Below, in pieces: positions 1 through 11,453 of a DNA stretch of 64,000 bases. The DNA is from an uncultured Gammaproteobacteria bacterium (lineage in GTDB: Bacteria; Patescibacteriota; Microgenomatia; Levybacterales; UBA12049), in assembly GCA_964537895.1 (NCBI GenBank), contig CAZIDK010000001.1, forward strand, positions 134,198-198,197, in the 5' to 3' direction. Positions within the stretch are counted from its first letter, which is position 1. Every line of letters starts with the position of its first letter. Under the pieces are notes generated by a model that saw only the letters and a program-made list of their open reading frames with translations, did not search any database and was not told the DNA's origin. Both the position numbers and the translations under genes were made by a program.

Positions 1-100
1 AAGCACCTTTGCCTGTATTTTTGCTTATGACAAGAAAGATAACAACAAATATTGCTATGGCAAGAAGAATTGGAACTATTATGAAAAGAATTTTTTTCAT
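1..100 (-). CDS. N-terminus of a membrane-anchored protein, possibly PEGA-domain type; runs off the window
   Basis: ATG at 100 read manually: MKKILFIIVPILLAIAIFVVIFLVISKNTGKGA..., a signal/TM helix. Confidence 0.55.
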   Translation of the reverse strand, partial: MKKILFIIVPILLAIAIFVVIFLVISKNTGKGA

Positions 101-123
101 TTGCTAAAAAGCGCCTAACAAAT

Positions 124-146
124 ATAGCAAGAAATTGCTATTTTTA
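124..146. terminator. Possible intrinsic terminator hairpin downstream of groEL
   Basis: ATAGCAA-GAAA-TTGCTAT stem-loop with a T run on the + side. Confidence 0.35.
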
Positions 147-162
147 CAATAAAAAGGAGAAT

Positions 163-1922
<1,760 letters not shown>

Positions 1923-2222
1923 TCAATCTACGATTGCCAATATATCTTTTTGCTCAACTATTGTCCACTCTTGACTACCGACTTTTACTTCGTTTCCGCC
2001 CCATTTTTTATACATTACTTTTTGCCCTATTTTAATAATCATTGGAATTTTTTCGCCTTTTGGCGTAACGTCACCGGGGCCAACAGCCATAACTTCACCT
2101 ATTTGCGGTTTTTCTTTTACCGAATCGGGAATAATTATTCCGCTTGCGGTTTTTGCTTCCGCCTCGAGCGGTTTTATTAGAACGTTATTAAAAAGAGGTT
2201 TAAGGTTATTTTTTACTGCCAT
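1923..2222 (-). CDS. groS: Co-chaperonin GroES
   Basis: LKPLFNNVLI, TASGIIIPD and GEVMAVGPG motifs; upstream of groEL; start taken at MAVKNN. Confidence 0.98.
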   Translation of the reverse strand: MAVKNNLKPLFNNVLIKPLEAEAKTASGIIIPDSVKEKPQIGEVMAVGPGDVTPKGEKIPMIIKIGQKVMYKKWGGNEVKVGSQEWTIVEQKDILAIVD

Positions 2223-2345
2223 ATAGTCAAAAAATATCACTCGCTTAAAGTGACTGCTTATTTATACAACAAAAATACACTGCTGTCAATACTTAACTAC
2301 TTGACACTTTACCTTTTGTTATATACCATAAATTTAGATTATATT

Positions 2346-3476
2346 ATGTCCTTACCATCGGGCAAAAAATTGCTGTTACTTGGTTTTATAGCGGTTCTAC
2401 TCGTAGTTATCCCTTTAACTGTGTATCTTGTGCAGCAACAGCAAAAAACAAAAAGCGGAGCCGCTCCCGCAACCACTCTCGGTTTTAATCCCGCAAGTAA
2501 AACAATCGGTGTTAATGACACCGTAAATTTAGACGTGATGATGAATCCGGCAACCAATCAGGTTTCTTTTGTAAAATTAATTATTAACTATGACGCAACA
2601 AAACTTGCGACTGCCGCAGCCGGCGCTACTGTTTGTCCCACAAGACCCAATGACGCTCTTTGTCCAAACATTGCTGCGTTTCCATCTGTTTTACAGGGGC
2701 CAATCTATGGTCCGGGAACAATTTCGGTTACTCTTTCTATTGGCGGGAGCCCTCAAAACATAGTACAGACAGCGACAAGAATTGCCAGTCTTTCTTTCCA
2801 GGCTATCGCTTCCACGGATCCCGGAACAACACAAATAACTATCGACCAGCCCCAATCCCAAGTTCTTTCCATAGCCTCTACCGACCAGTTTAATGAAAAT
2901 GTTTTGTCTACTGTTAGTCCTGCAACAATCACCATAACGGCTGCCGTATCTTCCCCGACTCCCACGCCAACTCCCACGCCAGAGCCAACTGCCTCTCCCA
3001 CGCCAGAGCCAACTGCCTCTCCCACGCCAAACGCTCAAGCGCCGGTTTGCGAAAGCCTAACTTTAAGCGGAGCGGCAACCGGAACAGCGCCGTATTCGCT
3101 TACTTTCACTGCAACAGGCACTTCTTCGGCAAGCACAATCAGCAAGGTTACGTTTAACTTTGGTGACAGCGCGGTTTTGGATGAACCCCAGTCGGGAGGT
3201 CCAAGTTCCGTTAGTGTCCAGTCCTCGCATACTTATAATAGTGCCGGAACATTTGTTGCGTCTGCTTCCTTAACCGATGTTCTTGGAAACGTAAGCGATA
3301 CTGCAAACTGTACACAAACAATAACGGTAACTGCGGCACCAACTTCAACAGCTATAGCCCAGGCAACGCCAGCACCTCCTCTTCCGGTAGTCGGTCCTGA
3401 TGCCAAAATATTGGCAATAGGAGCAATAGGAACAATACTTTCTGTACTTGGAATACTACTTTTCTTTGCCCTTTAA
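2346..3476 (+). CDS. Surface protein with cohesin-like and PKD-like domains, a PT-rich linker, and N- and C-terminal TM helices
   Basis: Cohesin-like 'VSFVKLIINYD', PKD-like 'FNFGD...SHTYNSAGTF', PTP repeats; start taken at MSLPSG. Confidence 0.75.
   Translation: MSLPSGKKLLLLGFIAVLLVVIPLTVYLVQQQQKTKSGAAPATTLGFNPASKTIGVNDTVNLDVMMNPATNQVSFVKLIINYDATKLATAAAGATVCPTRPNDALCPNIAAFPSVLQGPIYGPGTISVTLSIGGSPQNIVQTATRIASLSFQAIASTDPGTTQITIDQPQSQVLSIASTDQFNENVLSTVSPATITITAAVSSPTPTPTPTPEPTASPTPEPTASPTPNAQAPVCESLTLSGAATGTAPYSLTFTATGTSSASTISKVTFNFGDSAVLDEPQSGGPSSVSVQSSHTYNSAGTFVASASLTDVLGNVSDTANCTQTITVTAAPTSTAIAQATPAPPLPVVGPDAKILAIGAIGTILSVLGILLFFAL
2971..3030 (+). repeat. 24-bp coding tandem repeat (PTPEPTAS)
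   Basis: CTCCCACGCCAGAGCCAACTGCCT repeated about 2.5 times. Confidence 0.85.
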
Positions 3477-5227
3477 TTTTCTTTTGTAATTAGAGGAAGC
3501 AATGCTTCTTGAGGAATATCTATTTTTGAAGTTCCAAATAATTTATTTTTTCCTTTTTTCTGAGCTTCCAAAAGTTTATTTTTTCTTGTTACATCGCCCC
3601 CGGACATTTTTGCCAAAACATCCTTTCTGAATGGGGGGATTTCCGATCTGGCAAGAATTTTTCCGCCTACTTTTGCCTGAATAATCTGTTTTATTTGTTT
3701 CCTCGGAATTAAATCTTTAAGTTTTTCTGTTTTTTGTCTTGCCAGAAATTGAGCTTCATTACTGTAAACCAATTCCGAGAGCACGTCTATTTCCGTATCG
3801 TTTATTACAATTTCTAGATTGACCAAATCCGCTTCTTTATAATCAGTAAGTTCATAATCTATACTGGCAAAACCAGAAGAAACAGTTTTTATCTCGGGGG
3901 AAAGGTTCCTGATAAAGCAGCTGAATGGTATTTCATACTTTAATATCGCATTGTCTTTGTGATACGAAATATCAATAAGACTGCCTTTTTTACTTTGAGC
4001 AACAGACATTACTCCGCCGACAAATTTGGTTGGAGTAAAAATAATTAAATTCATATATGGTTCCAGCATTGCTCCATCTTCTCTTTTTTCATATAAAACG
4101 TGGGGCATAGTTAAAATCGGATCAATCTTTTCTTCTTGTTTTAATCTTTCTTTAAAAATCTCCGCGTGTAAAAGTCCTAAAAAACCTACTCTAAAACCAC
4201 TTCCCAAAAATACCGAATACTCTGAAGATATACTTAGCGATGCGTCATTTAACGAAAGTTTGCTTATTGCTTCTTTAAGGCGGACTAATTCGTTTGTACT
4301 TTTTGGATAAACGCCAAAAAATACCATTGGTTTTGGAGTCTCGTATCCGGGCAAGGGCTGAATGTCTGATTTTTGATTTTTGCTTTTTGCTTTTTGATTT
4401 GTCAACGTATCTCCAACCCTTGATTGTCTTATATCTTTTATTCCCGTAACTATATATCCGATTTCGCCGGTTGTTAAATCTTCTTTTGGAGACAGAAACG
4501 GAGAAAAAAATCCGACTTCGGACGCATCTACTCTCACTTTATTTTGCAAGAATTCTATTCTGTCTCTTTTTCTAATTTTTCCGTCAACAACTTTTATAAA
4601 AACCACGACTCCCCTATGCTCATCATATTCGGCATCAAAAACTAACGCTCTTAGGGGTGAATCCATCGAGCCTTTTGGTGAAGGAAGTTTTTCCACTAAC
4701 CCCTTAAGCAAACTTTCTACATTTTCTCCTGTTTTTGCGGAAATATAATATATTTCTTCTTTCTTAAACCCAAACATTTCTTCCAATTCCTTAGTAGTCT
4801 GTTCAGCCATTGCCGTGTCCAAGTCTATTTTGTTAATAACCGGAATTATTGTTAAATTTTCTTTTTGGGCAGCCCTAAAATGAGCCACTGTTTGCGCCTG
4901 AATTCCTTGAGTTGCGTCAACTAAAAGTATTGCCCCTTCACAGGCGGCTAAAGTTCTTGAAACTTCGTAGGAAAAATCAATATGGCCCGGGGTATCAATG
5001 AGATTTAGCGTATAGTTAATAGCGTTTAACGTATAGTGCATTCCAACAGGCGCAAGTTTTATAGTAATTCCGCGCTCTCTGCTGATAGGGCTTTGGTCCA
5101 AAAATTGTTCTTGAATTTTGTCTTTAGAAATAGTTTTTGTTAACTCTAAAAACCTATCGGCAAGAGTTGATTTACCGTGATCTATATGCGCGATAATTGC
5201 AAAATTACGAATAGTTGTTTGTTTCAT
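3473..5227 (-). CDS. lepA: Translation elongation factor 4 (LepA)
   Basis: IIAHIDHGKSTLADR, RERGITIK, DTPGH and NKID motifs; C-terminal GGDVTRKNKLLEAQKKGK. Confidence 0.98.
   Translation of the reverse strand: MKQTTIRNFAIIAHIDHGKSTLADRFLELTKTISKDKIQEQFLDQSPISRERGITIKLAPVGMHYTLNAINYTLNLIDTPGHIDFSYEVSRTLAACEGAILLVDATQGIQAQTVAHFRAAQKENLTIIPVINKIDLDTAMAEQTTKELEEMFGFKKEEIYYISAKTGENVESLLKGLVEKLPSPKGSMDSPLRALVFDAEYDEHRGVVVFIKVVDGKIRKRDRIEFLQNKVRVDASEVGFFSPFLSPKEDLTTGEIGYIVTGIKDIRQSRVGDTLTNQKAKSKNQKSDIQPLPGYETPKPMVFFGVYPKSTNELVRLKEAISKLSLNDASLSISSEYSVFLGSGFRVGFLGLLHAEIFKERLKQEEKIDPILTMPHVLYEKREDGAMLEPYMNLIIFTPTKFVGGVMSVAQSKKGSLIDISYHKDNAILKYEIPFSCFIRNLSPEIKTVSSGFASIDYELTDYKEADLVNLEIVINDTEIDVLSELVYSNEAQFLARQKTEKLKDLIPRKQIKQIIQAKVGGKILARSEIPPFRKDVLAKMSGGDVTRKNKLLEAQKKGKNKLFGTSKIDIPQEALLPLITKEN
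4368..4399 (-). repeat. In-frame AAAAAT/GC heptamer array in lepA (NQKAKSKNQKS)
   Basis: Plus strand reads GATTTTT GATTTTT GCTTTTT GCTTTTT GATT. Confidence 0.8.
5004..5038 (-). repeat. In-frame heptamer array in lepA (HYTLNAINYTLN)
   Basis: TTTAGCG TATAGTT AATAGCG TTTAACG TATAGTG. Confidence 0.7.
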
Positions 5228-5254
5228 TAAAGTTCTTTGGGGAATTATATCAAA

Positions 5255-6913
5255 TTATGGGTTAAACCTTGTTCCGTCAATTACTTCTTCGCTGCCTTTA
5301 AGAATTTGTCTCCAGTCTCCGAGTCGTTTGAAAAGGAGAATAAACATAGTTGCCTCTTTAACATTAAAAAGCCAAGTGAGAAAAAGGTAAAGAGAAAGTC
5401 CTGCAAAACTTGAAATACCCGTAAGAGCTATTAAATTTATTGTTTTGGTTGTATCAAAAACCAACTGGTCTAAAAGTTTTATGGGAATGTAAAGAGCAAA
5501 ACCTGTAAAAATAGTCGCCAATGTAATTTTTGTTAAAGAAATAAACAAAGGAATTTTCTTAAAACCGCCTGTTTTCCTGTCTAAAAAAATAAATAATACA
5601 AGTATGTTAATAATGCTACCTATTGAATAGGCTATGGCTATGCTTTCGATTCCATAATGATAAATAAAAATAAATGATGCGCCTAGGGTAATCATAAGAC
5701 CGGTAGTTAAAGCGCCTATTATTAAAGGGGTTTTTGTATCATGCAATGCGTAAAAACCTCTGGAAACAAGATAAACCAAGCTTTGGGCAAAAATCGAAAT
5801 GCTGAAAAAAGCCAGAGTTCTACCGGTAAGAACTGTCGCCTCCCAGTCAAATTGCGCCGCTCCGTAAATAAGTCTGACAATAGGAATTCTCAGAACTAAA
5901 AAAAGCACTGAAATGGGCAAAACCAGATAGAGCATCTGATTCAAGCTTGTAATAAAAGTGGTTTTAAAATCTTCAAGTCTTTCTCTTTCTTTGGAAAGAA
6001 CGGGAAAAGCCGCCTGAGCAATTGCCTGACCAAAAAGAACAACAGGAGCAAAAGCCAGGGTTTGCGCATAATCAAAAATTACATAATTTCTACCAGGATC
6101 GGGAAGAAAAGAAACTAAGGTTATCGTAACAAGGGTTCCGAGCTGAAAAATTCCGATTGACAAAGTTCTTGGCCACATCAGCTTTAATACCTCCAGCACT
6201 CCGCTTGATTTTAAGGAAAAAGAGGCTTTAAAAGAAAAACCTAATTTTCTAACAAAAGGAAGCTGTACGGCCACAAAAATTAAAGAACCCAACACTACGC
6301 CGTAAGCCGCCGAGAAAATACCTACAAACGGCGACAGAGTTATGATGCCAATGATAATTCCCAAATTAAAAGTTGCGGAAGCAATGCCCGGAATAAAAAA
6401 ATGATTATAAGATTGCAGTACTGCCGACAAAAAGCTTCCGAAAATAAAAAATAACTCTCCAAATATAACAATCCTGGTTAAATCGGCCATAAGATTTATT
6501 TGGGACGCGGAAAACCCGGGGGCAACGAGTTCTGAAATATCTTTGGCGAAAATAAAAAGAAAAATAGAGATAATGGAAAAAATTACTAAACCTACCATCA
6601 GAAGAGTAGAACCAAGCCTATGAGCATCCTTTTCTTTACCTTTACCTAAATATTCTGAAAATACCGGAATAAAAGCCGAGGATAATGCTCCTGCAATTAT
6701 TAACTGAAAGAGAAAATCAGGAATTTTGGTTGAAGCAAGATATACACCTAACGTATTTGATGCGCCAAAAATTCCAACCAAAAGCCTTTGTCTAACCAAA
6801 CCTAAAACTTGAGATAAAATAATCGTGGTCATTATTACAAAAGCCGCGGAAATAATATTGTTTTGACGTTTAAATAGGAGACCAATTCCTCTTTTTAAAA
6901 AATCCTTAGGCAT
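5255..6913 (-). CDS. murJ: Lipid II flippase MurJ (MviN)
   Basis: SQVLGLVRQ...FGA, IPDFLF...GALSSAFIPVF, and RGFYALHDTKTP motifs; multi-TM. Confidence 0.95.
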   Translation of the reverse strand: MPKDFLKRGIGLLFKRQNNIISAAFVIMTTIILSQVLGLVRQRLLVGIFGASNTLGVYLASTKIPDFLFQLIIAGALSSAFIPVFSEYLGKGKEKDAHRLGSTLLMVGLVIFSIISIFLFIFAKDISELVAPGFSASQINLMADLTRIVIFGELFFIFGSFLSAVLQSYNHFFIPGIASATFNLGIIIGIITLSPFVGIFSAAYGVVLGSLIFVAVQLPFVRKLGFSFKASFSLKSSGVLEVLKLMWPRTLSIGIFQLGTLVTITLVSFLPDPGRNYVIFDYAQTLAFAPVVLFGQAIAQAAFPVLSKERERLEDFKTTFITSLNQMLYLVLPISVLFLVLRIPIVRLIYGAAQFDWEATVLTGRTLAFFSISIFAQSLVYLVSRGFYALHDTKTPLIIGALTTGLMITLGASFIFIYHYGIESIAIAYSIGSIINILVLFIFLDRKTGGFKKIPLFISLTKITLATIFTGFALYIPIKLLDQLVFDTTKTINLIALTGISSFAGLSLYLFLTWLFNVKEATMFILLFKRLGDWRQILKGSEEVIDGTRFNP

Positions 6914-6949
6914 ATTGTTTTTATAAGTATAACATGGTAAAATGCCGCT

Positions 6950-7285
6950 ATGCCAGTAATAAAATCTGCAAAGAAAAAATTAAGAAAAGACAGAAAAAGA
7001 GAATTGGTAAACAAAACTCTTAAAAACCTCTTCAAAAAAGCAGTAAAAATTGCGGAAAAAACTCCGACGCAAGCAAATATCAGAAAAGCCGTAAAGATTA
7101 TAGACAAAACGGCCAAGAAAAATATTATTCATAAAAATAAAGCAGCCAGAATAAAGTCAAAGCTCGCAAAACTTATAGCAGGCAAAAAGTCAATCCCGAT
7201 TAAATCGGGATCAATCAAAAAAATACCCCAAAAAGTTAAAAAACCTACTCAGGCAAAGGCCTCCAAGACAAAAGCTAAAAAATAA
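6950..7285 (+). CDS. rpsT: 30S ribosomal protein S20 with a Lys-rich C-terminal extension
   Basis: MPVIKSAKKKLR...IHKNKAARIKS. Confidence 0.95.
   Translation: MPVIKSAKKKLRKDRKRELVNKTLKNLFKKAVKIAEKTPTQANIRKAVKIIDKTAKKNIIHKNKAARIKSKLAKLIAGKKSIPIKSGSIKKIPQKVKKPTQAKASKTKAKK
7193..7211. repeat. Palindrome in frame in the rpsT extension (IPIKSG)
   Basis: ATCCCGATT-A-AATCGGGAT, with perfect 9-bp arms. Confidence 0.7.
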
Positions 7286-7306
7286 CAGAATTCTGCAAAT
7301 TTATCT

Positions 7307-7335
7307 TTGACAAAAACGTAAAAAACCCCTAGACT
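7307..7335 (+). promoter_or_regulatory. Sigma70-type promoter for the pilN-like operon
   Basis: TTGACA-17 nt-TAGACT, 9 nt before the ATG at 7345. Confidence 0.7.
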
Positions 7336-7344
7336 AAACTTGCT

Positions 7345-7902
7345 ATGCAAAAAAACTCTCCCTCAATAAATCTGTTAAAAAAACAGACGAGCTTAATTGA
7401 CAGACTTGTTAACTGGGCATTAACAGTAGGAAGACTGCTGGTTATATTAACGGAGATTGTTGCTTTATCGGCTTTTATATACCGTTTTTCTCTGGACAGA
7501 CAGTTGATAGATTTGCACTCTAAAATTACTCAGGAACAAGCAATTGTTAATTATTTAAAAGATAACGAACAAACATATCGTAATTTACAGGATAGATTAG
7601 CTGCTGCAGCAAATTACAGCACTTTGGGGGTAGACAGGTTTAAAATTTTTAGTGATATCGTGGGTTTTACTCCAAAAGGAATGGCTTTTAATAATCTTTC
7701 ATTATATGAAAATCGAATCAGAATAGACGCAAACGTTGATTCGGTTTCATCCCTTAGTATTTTTGTAAATTCTCTTAAAAATTATTCTGCCATCGATACG
7801 GTGAGCATAGACAAAATAGAAAATAAACCGTCAAGCGCAGTTATTACGATAAGCATCACCGCTATACTTAAACCTAATTTCACTTATGCAACTACAAACT
7901 AA
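7345..7902 (+). CDS. PilN-like type IV pilus assembly protein
   Basis: SINLL motif, TM helix, coiled coil and C-terminal ferredoxin-like pattern; upstream of a PilO-like gene. Confidence 0.7.
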   Translation: MQKNSPSINLLKKQTSLIDRLVNWALTVGRLLVILTEIVALSAFIYRFSLDRQLIDLHSKITQEQAIVNYLKDNEQTYRNLQDRLAAAANYSTLGVDRFKIFSDIVGFTPKGMAFNNLSLYENRIRIDANVDSVSSLSIFVNSLKNYSAIDTVSIDKIENKPSSAVITISITAILKPNFTYATTN

Positions 7903-8503
7903 TAGTTTATTTAAAAACTTACAGAAAAAGAAATACTTTGAGATGTTACCGGATTTCAAAGAAGAAAGAATGCAAAAGTTTACTACTTTAGTTTTTACCA
8001 TTATCGCATTATCGTTTTTTGGGCTTTTTGCAATTAACCCAACGCTTTCAACCATTGCCAACTTAAACAAACAATTATCGGATAGTAAATTTGTTGACCA
8101 AGAGCTTCAAAGCAAAATAAACAATTTGTATCTCCTTCAGGAAAAATATGGCCAACTTACACCGGACATACCTTACGTTTTAGATTCATTTCCTAAAAAT
8201 CCGCAGGTTCCTCTTTTAATTGCGCAGCTGCAATCGCTGGCGCAAAGTTCAAACGTTGCAATTACGGGTCTTCAGACTTTTGAAATCGAAATTCCTAACT
8301 CCTCCGTTAACACAAAAAAATATTACGCTTTTTCTTTTAGTATTTCGGCAAACGGTTCTTATGAAAGCATTTCAAAATTTATCGATTCAATGATTAAAAT
8401 GCAAAGAATTGTTTCTATAAATATTCTCTCTTTAAGCCGAAATAGCGGAGAAGGTCCGTCAACGCAATTAAATTTTAAAGGTACGGCATATTTTAAACAA
8501 TAA
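7886..8503 (+). CDS. PilO-like type IV pilus assembly protein
   Basis: TM plus coiled coil, 'FP..PQVPLLI', 'GSYESISKFI..M..MQRIVSI'. Confidence 0.8.
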   Translation: MQLQTNSLFKNLQKKKYFEMLPDFKEERMQKFTTLVFTIIALSFFGLFAINPTLSTIANLNKQLSDSKFVDQELQSKINNLYLLQEKYGQLTPDIPYVLDSFPKNPQVPLLIAQLQSLAQSSNVAITGLQTFEIEIPNSSVNTKKYYAFSFSISANGSYESISKFIDSMIKMQRIVSINILSLSRNSGEGPSTQLNFKGTAYFKQ

Positions 8504-8505
8504 GC

Positions 8506-8841
8506 ATGAAACAAAGAGACATTATTACATTACTGATACCATCATTCATCTTAATAGTAGCGTGGATTATTTTCAGTATTTATCATAGCTCTGTAACCTC
8601 GACTATACCGCCCGCTACAAACATCCAGATATCCCCGATAACGCCTGCCTTTGATATGGATGTGATATCTAAATTAAAACAAAGACAAAAAGTTACACCT
8701 CTTTATGAAGGGCAAGCTATTGCTTCCCCAACGCCAACGCCGGGGTTTCCAAATATTTTCTCGTCTTCTTTATCCGCTTCTCAAATAACCGGCTCTAGTA
8801 ATGCTCCTCAAGGCTCGCCGGGAGGAAGTCTGTTGCCATGA
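8506..8841 (+). CDS. Small membrane-anchored hypothetical protein in the PilP-like position
   Basis: N-terminal TM helix; in operon after pilO-like gene. Confidence 0.6.
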   Translation: MKQRDIITLLIPSFILIVAWIIFSIYHSSVTSTIPPATNIQISPITPAFDMDVISKLKQRQKVTPLYEGQAIASPTPTPGFPNIFSSSLSASQITGSSNAPQGSPGGSLLP

Positions 8842-10256
8842 AAAAAACAATTTGGGATAAACGTATACCAACACTTTTAGGAATGTTGCTTATAGTTGTT
8901 GGTATCGGTCTGACTTCTTTCTTAGTTGATAAGGGAGTAATTTTCATTGGACGCGCCAGTCCGGCAACAAATCCGCAAAACGTAAGAATAACCAACATTA
9001 CAGACAATTCATTTACTGTTTCTTATAATACGGATGCGCAAGTTATAGGCAGTTTAACTTATGGAAAAGATCAAAATTTAGGACAGACTGCCCTGGACGA
9101 CAGAGACCAGCAAACAGGCTCTTTGGCTAACCATAAGATTCACAGTATTACCGTAAGAAGCTTATCGCCTGTGACAAAATATTTTTTTTCGATTACCAGC
9201 GGGCAAGATAAATTTTCAAATAACGACACTCCATTCGAAGTGGTTACCGGAGCAAACGCAACTAGTCCTCCCTCGGAACAAAAACCGGTCGTTGGAAAAG
9301 TGGTTATGCCAAACGGCCAAGCCCCTGATGAGGCAATAATTTATATTACAACCGCCAACTCTCAAGTTATCTCTTCGCTTGTAAAATCCGGCGGAACCTA
9401 TTTGATTCCCCTGAATTCCGTGAGAAGTCAGGATTTGGCATCTTATTTGGATTTTTCAACCGTGAACACTCTTAAAATGCTTGTTTTTGGAGACGGATTG
9501 TCTTCAAACGTATCCTTATCTATAAACCAAATAAATCCTGTTCCAACCGTAACTCTTTCTCAAAATTATGATTTTGCAACAGGTACGGAACCTGTAGCAT
9601 CTTCATCGGCACAGCAAAATTCAGCCGAAAGTTTCCCGTCGCCAAAACCTAATGAAAATGTTTCAAGTAAGACCCCCCAGATACTAACTCCGCAGGCAAA
9701 TCAAAGTTTTTCCGATCAACAGCCTCTTTTTAAAGGCACTGGGAAGCCTAATGAAACTGTAAAAATAGAGATACACTCGGATGCGCAAATACAAACCGAG
9801 GTAAAAACCGATGCAAATGGAAATTGGAGCTACAGACCTAACGTCCCGCTTTCACCGGGACAGCATACGATTTCTATAACTACAAAAGATATAAACGGGA
9901 TATTAAGAACAATAACAGAAAATTTTACGGTTTATGCCGCAGGGAGTCAAGTTAACCCTGTTGCCAACCCTCCCACGGCCACCCCGACTCCCAGCCCGGC
10001 CCCATCCGCGACCCCTACACCAACTCCATCACCTACTCCTGCCGCAACGCCAACGTCTACTCCGGCGGCAACCGTTACGCCTACTCCAACTCCATCACCC
10101 ACTCCTACTCCAACCGTAGCGCCGACGGTAGCGCCCTCTAATCCCGGGCTTGCACCGGGAGGAAACTTACCGGGACCTGATGGGAAAATAATTACCTTAG
10201 GACTCCTCGGAGGAATACTTACCATTATCGGAGCCGTACTGCTATTTGCTTTATAA
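8838..10256 (+). CDS. Surface protein with FN3-like and Ig-like domains, a long PT linker and a C-terminal TM helix
   Basis: 'PQNVRITNITDNSFTVSY' (FN3-like), 'DANGNWSY...LSPGQHTI' (Ig-like), PT repeats. Confidence 0.8.
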   Translation: MKKTIWDKRIPTLLGMLLIVVGIGLTSFLVDKGVIFIGRASPATNPQNVRITNITDNSFTVSYNTDAQVIGSLTYGKDQNLGQTALDDRDQQTGSLANHKIHSITVRSLSPVTKYFFSITSGQDKFSNNDTPFEVVTGANATSPPSEQKPVVGKVVMPNGQAPDEAIIYITTANSQVISSLVKSGGTYLIPLNSVRSQDLASYLDFSTVNTLKMLVFGDGLSSNVSLSINQINPVPTVTLSQNYDFATGTEPVASSSAQQNSAESFPSPKPNENVSSKTPQILTPQANQSFSDQQPLFKGTGKPNETVKIEIHSDAQIQTEVKTDANGNWSYRPNVPLSPGQHTISITTKDINGILRTITENFTVYAAGSQVNPVANPPTATPTPSPAPSATPTPTPSPTPAATPTSTPAATVTPTPTPSPTPTPTVAPTVAPSNPGLAPGGNLPGPDGKIITLGLLGGILTIIGAVLLFAL

Positions 10257-10269
10257 TAAATACCGCTTT

Positions 10270-11448
10270 ATGAAAATAAATAAACTTCAGCCCTACCTTG
10301 TGTATTTTTTAATATTCGGAATTACTTTTATAATCTATTTTCTTACTTCCTCTGAAAATACTCCATATAACTATTTTGTTAGACTTGCCGATGCTTTTAT
10401 CAATCACAGGCTTTATCTTACAGAACACCCATCATGGCTAAGTGAATTAATTCCCATCGCGGGTAAGTATTACGTCGCTTATCCTCCAATGCCGGCAATA
10501 TTATTAATTCCGTTTGTTGCGATTTTTGGAACTGGGTTTTCACAAACTATTTTTTCAATATTCTTAGGTAGCCTTAACCCGATTATTTTATATAGTATTT
10601 TTAAAAAAATAAAAATATCTGAAAAAACAGCTTTGCTTACAACTATTTTTTTTGTATTCGGAACCAACTATTGGTTTTTATCAAGCGTAGGCTCTTCTTG
10701 GTATTTAGCCCACATTGTTGCTATTTTTTTTCTACTCTTAGCAATAAGAGAAACTTTTACAAAACAAAGGTTAATTATCATAGGTTTATTGTTGGGAGCA
10801 AGTTATTGGTCGCGGTCTGCAACAATTTTCGCTTTCCCCTTTTTTCTTTTATACTTGAACGACAAATTTCTACCAATAAACAAAAAATCTATTTATAATT
10901 TAATATCTTTTGGAATTTCTGTTGGTTTTTTTATTTTTTTGAACAGTCTTTATGGTTATCTTAGGTTTTCAAGTATTGATCCCGTTTCCCCTTATTGGAG
11001 CGCGCTTCAATCACAAAAATCATTAAATTTAAAAGACGGTGTTTTAAACATTATTCATATTCCTTCGCAACTTAGCGCAATGTTTTTAAGTCTCCCCCGT
11101 TTTCAAAAAGAATGGCCCTATATAATTCCTTCTCTTTATAGTCTTGCCATATGGTTTACTTCTCCCGCAATAATTTTTATTCTTAAAGCAAAAAAATCTC
11201 TGTTGACGATTTCACTGTGGGCTGCAATTATTCCAATCTTTTTTGTAATATCCTTATGGAAGTTTTCCGGATACAGCCAATTTGGATTTCGTTATGCCCA
11301 AGATTTTATGCCTTTTGCACTAATTTTGGTTGCTTTAGGTATCGGACAAAAACCAAAATTAATTACATATTTTTTGGTTTTCTTAAGTATAATTATTAAT
11401 TTTTGGGGAATAATTATGATTAACTTTTTGAATATTTGGATAATGTAA
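10270..11448 (+). CDS. GT-C family multi-TM glycosyltransferase-like protein
   Basis: Polytopic membrane protein with 'YPPMPAIL' and 'QFGFRY' motifs. Confidence 0.6.
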   Translation: MKINKLQPYLVYFLIFGITFIIYFLTSSENTPYNYFVRLADAFINHRLYLTEHPSWLSELIPIAGKYYVAYPPMPAILLIPFVAIFGTGFSQTIFSIFLGSLNPIILYSIFKKIKISEKTALLTTIFFVFGTNYWFLSSVGSSWYLAHIVAIFFLLLAIRETFTKQRLIIIGLLLGASYWSRSATIFAFPFFLLYLNDKFLPINKKSIYNLISFGISVGFFIFLNSLYGYLRFSSIDPVSPYWSALQSQKSLNLKDGVLNIIHIPSQLSAMFLSLPRFQKEWPYIIPSLYSLAIWFTSPAIIFILKAKKSLLTISLWAAIIPIFFVISLWKFSGYSQFGFRYAQDFMPFALILVALGIGQKPKLITYFLVFLSIIINFWGIIMINFLNIWIM

Positions 11449-11453
11449 CGAAG

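Noticed and set aside
9971-10140. PT-rich repeats as part of the heptamer system
   Set aside because: Their period is 6 or another multiple of 3; they are ordinary Pro/Thr linkers.
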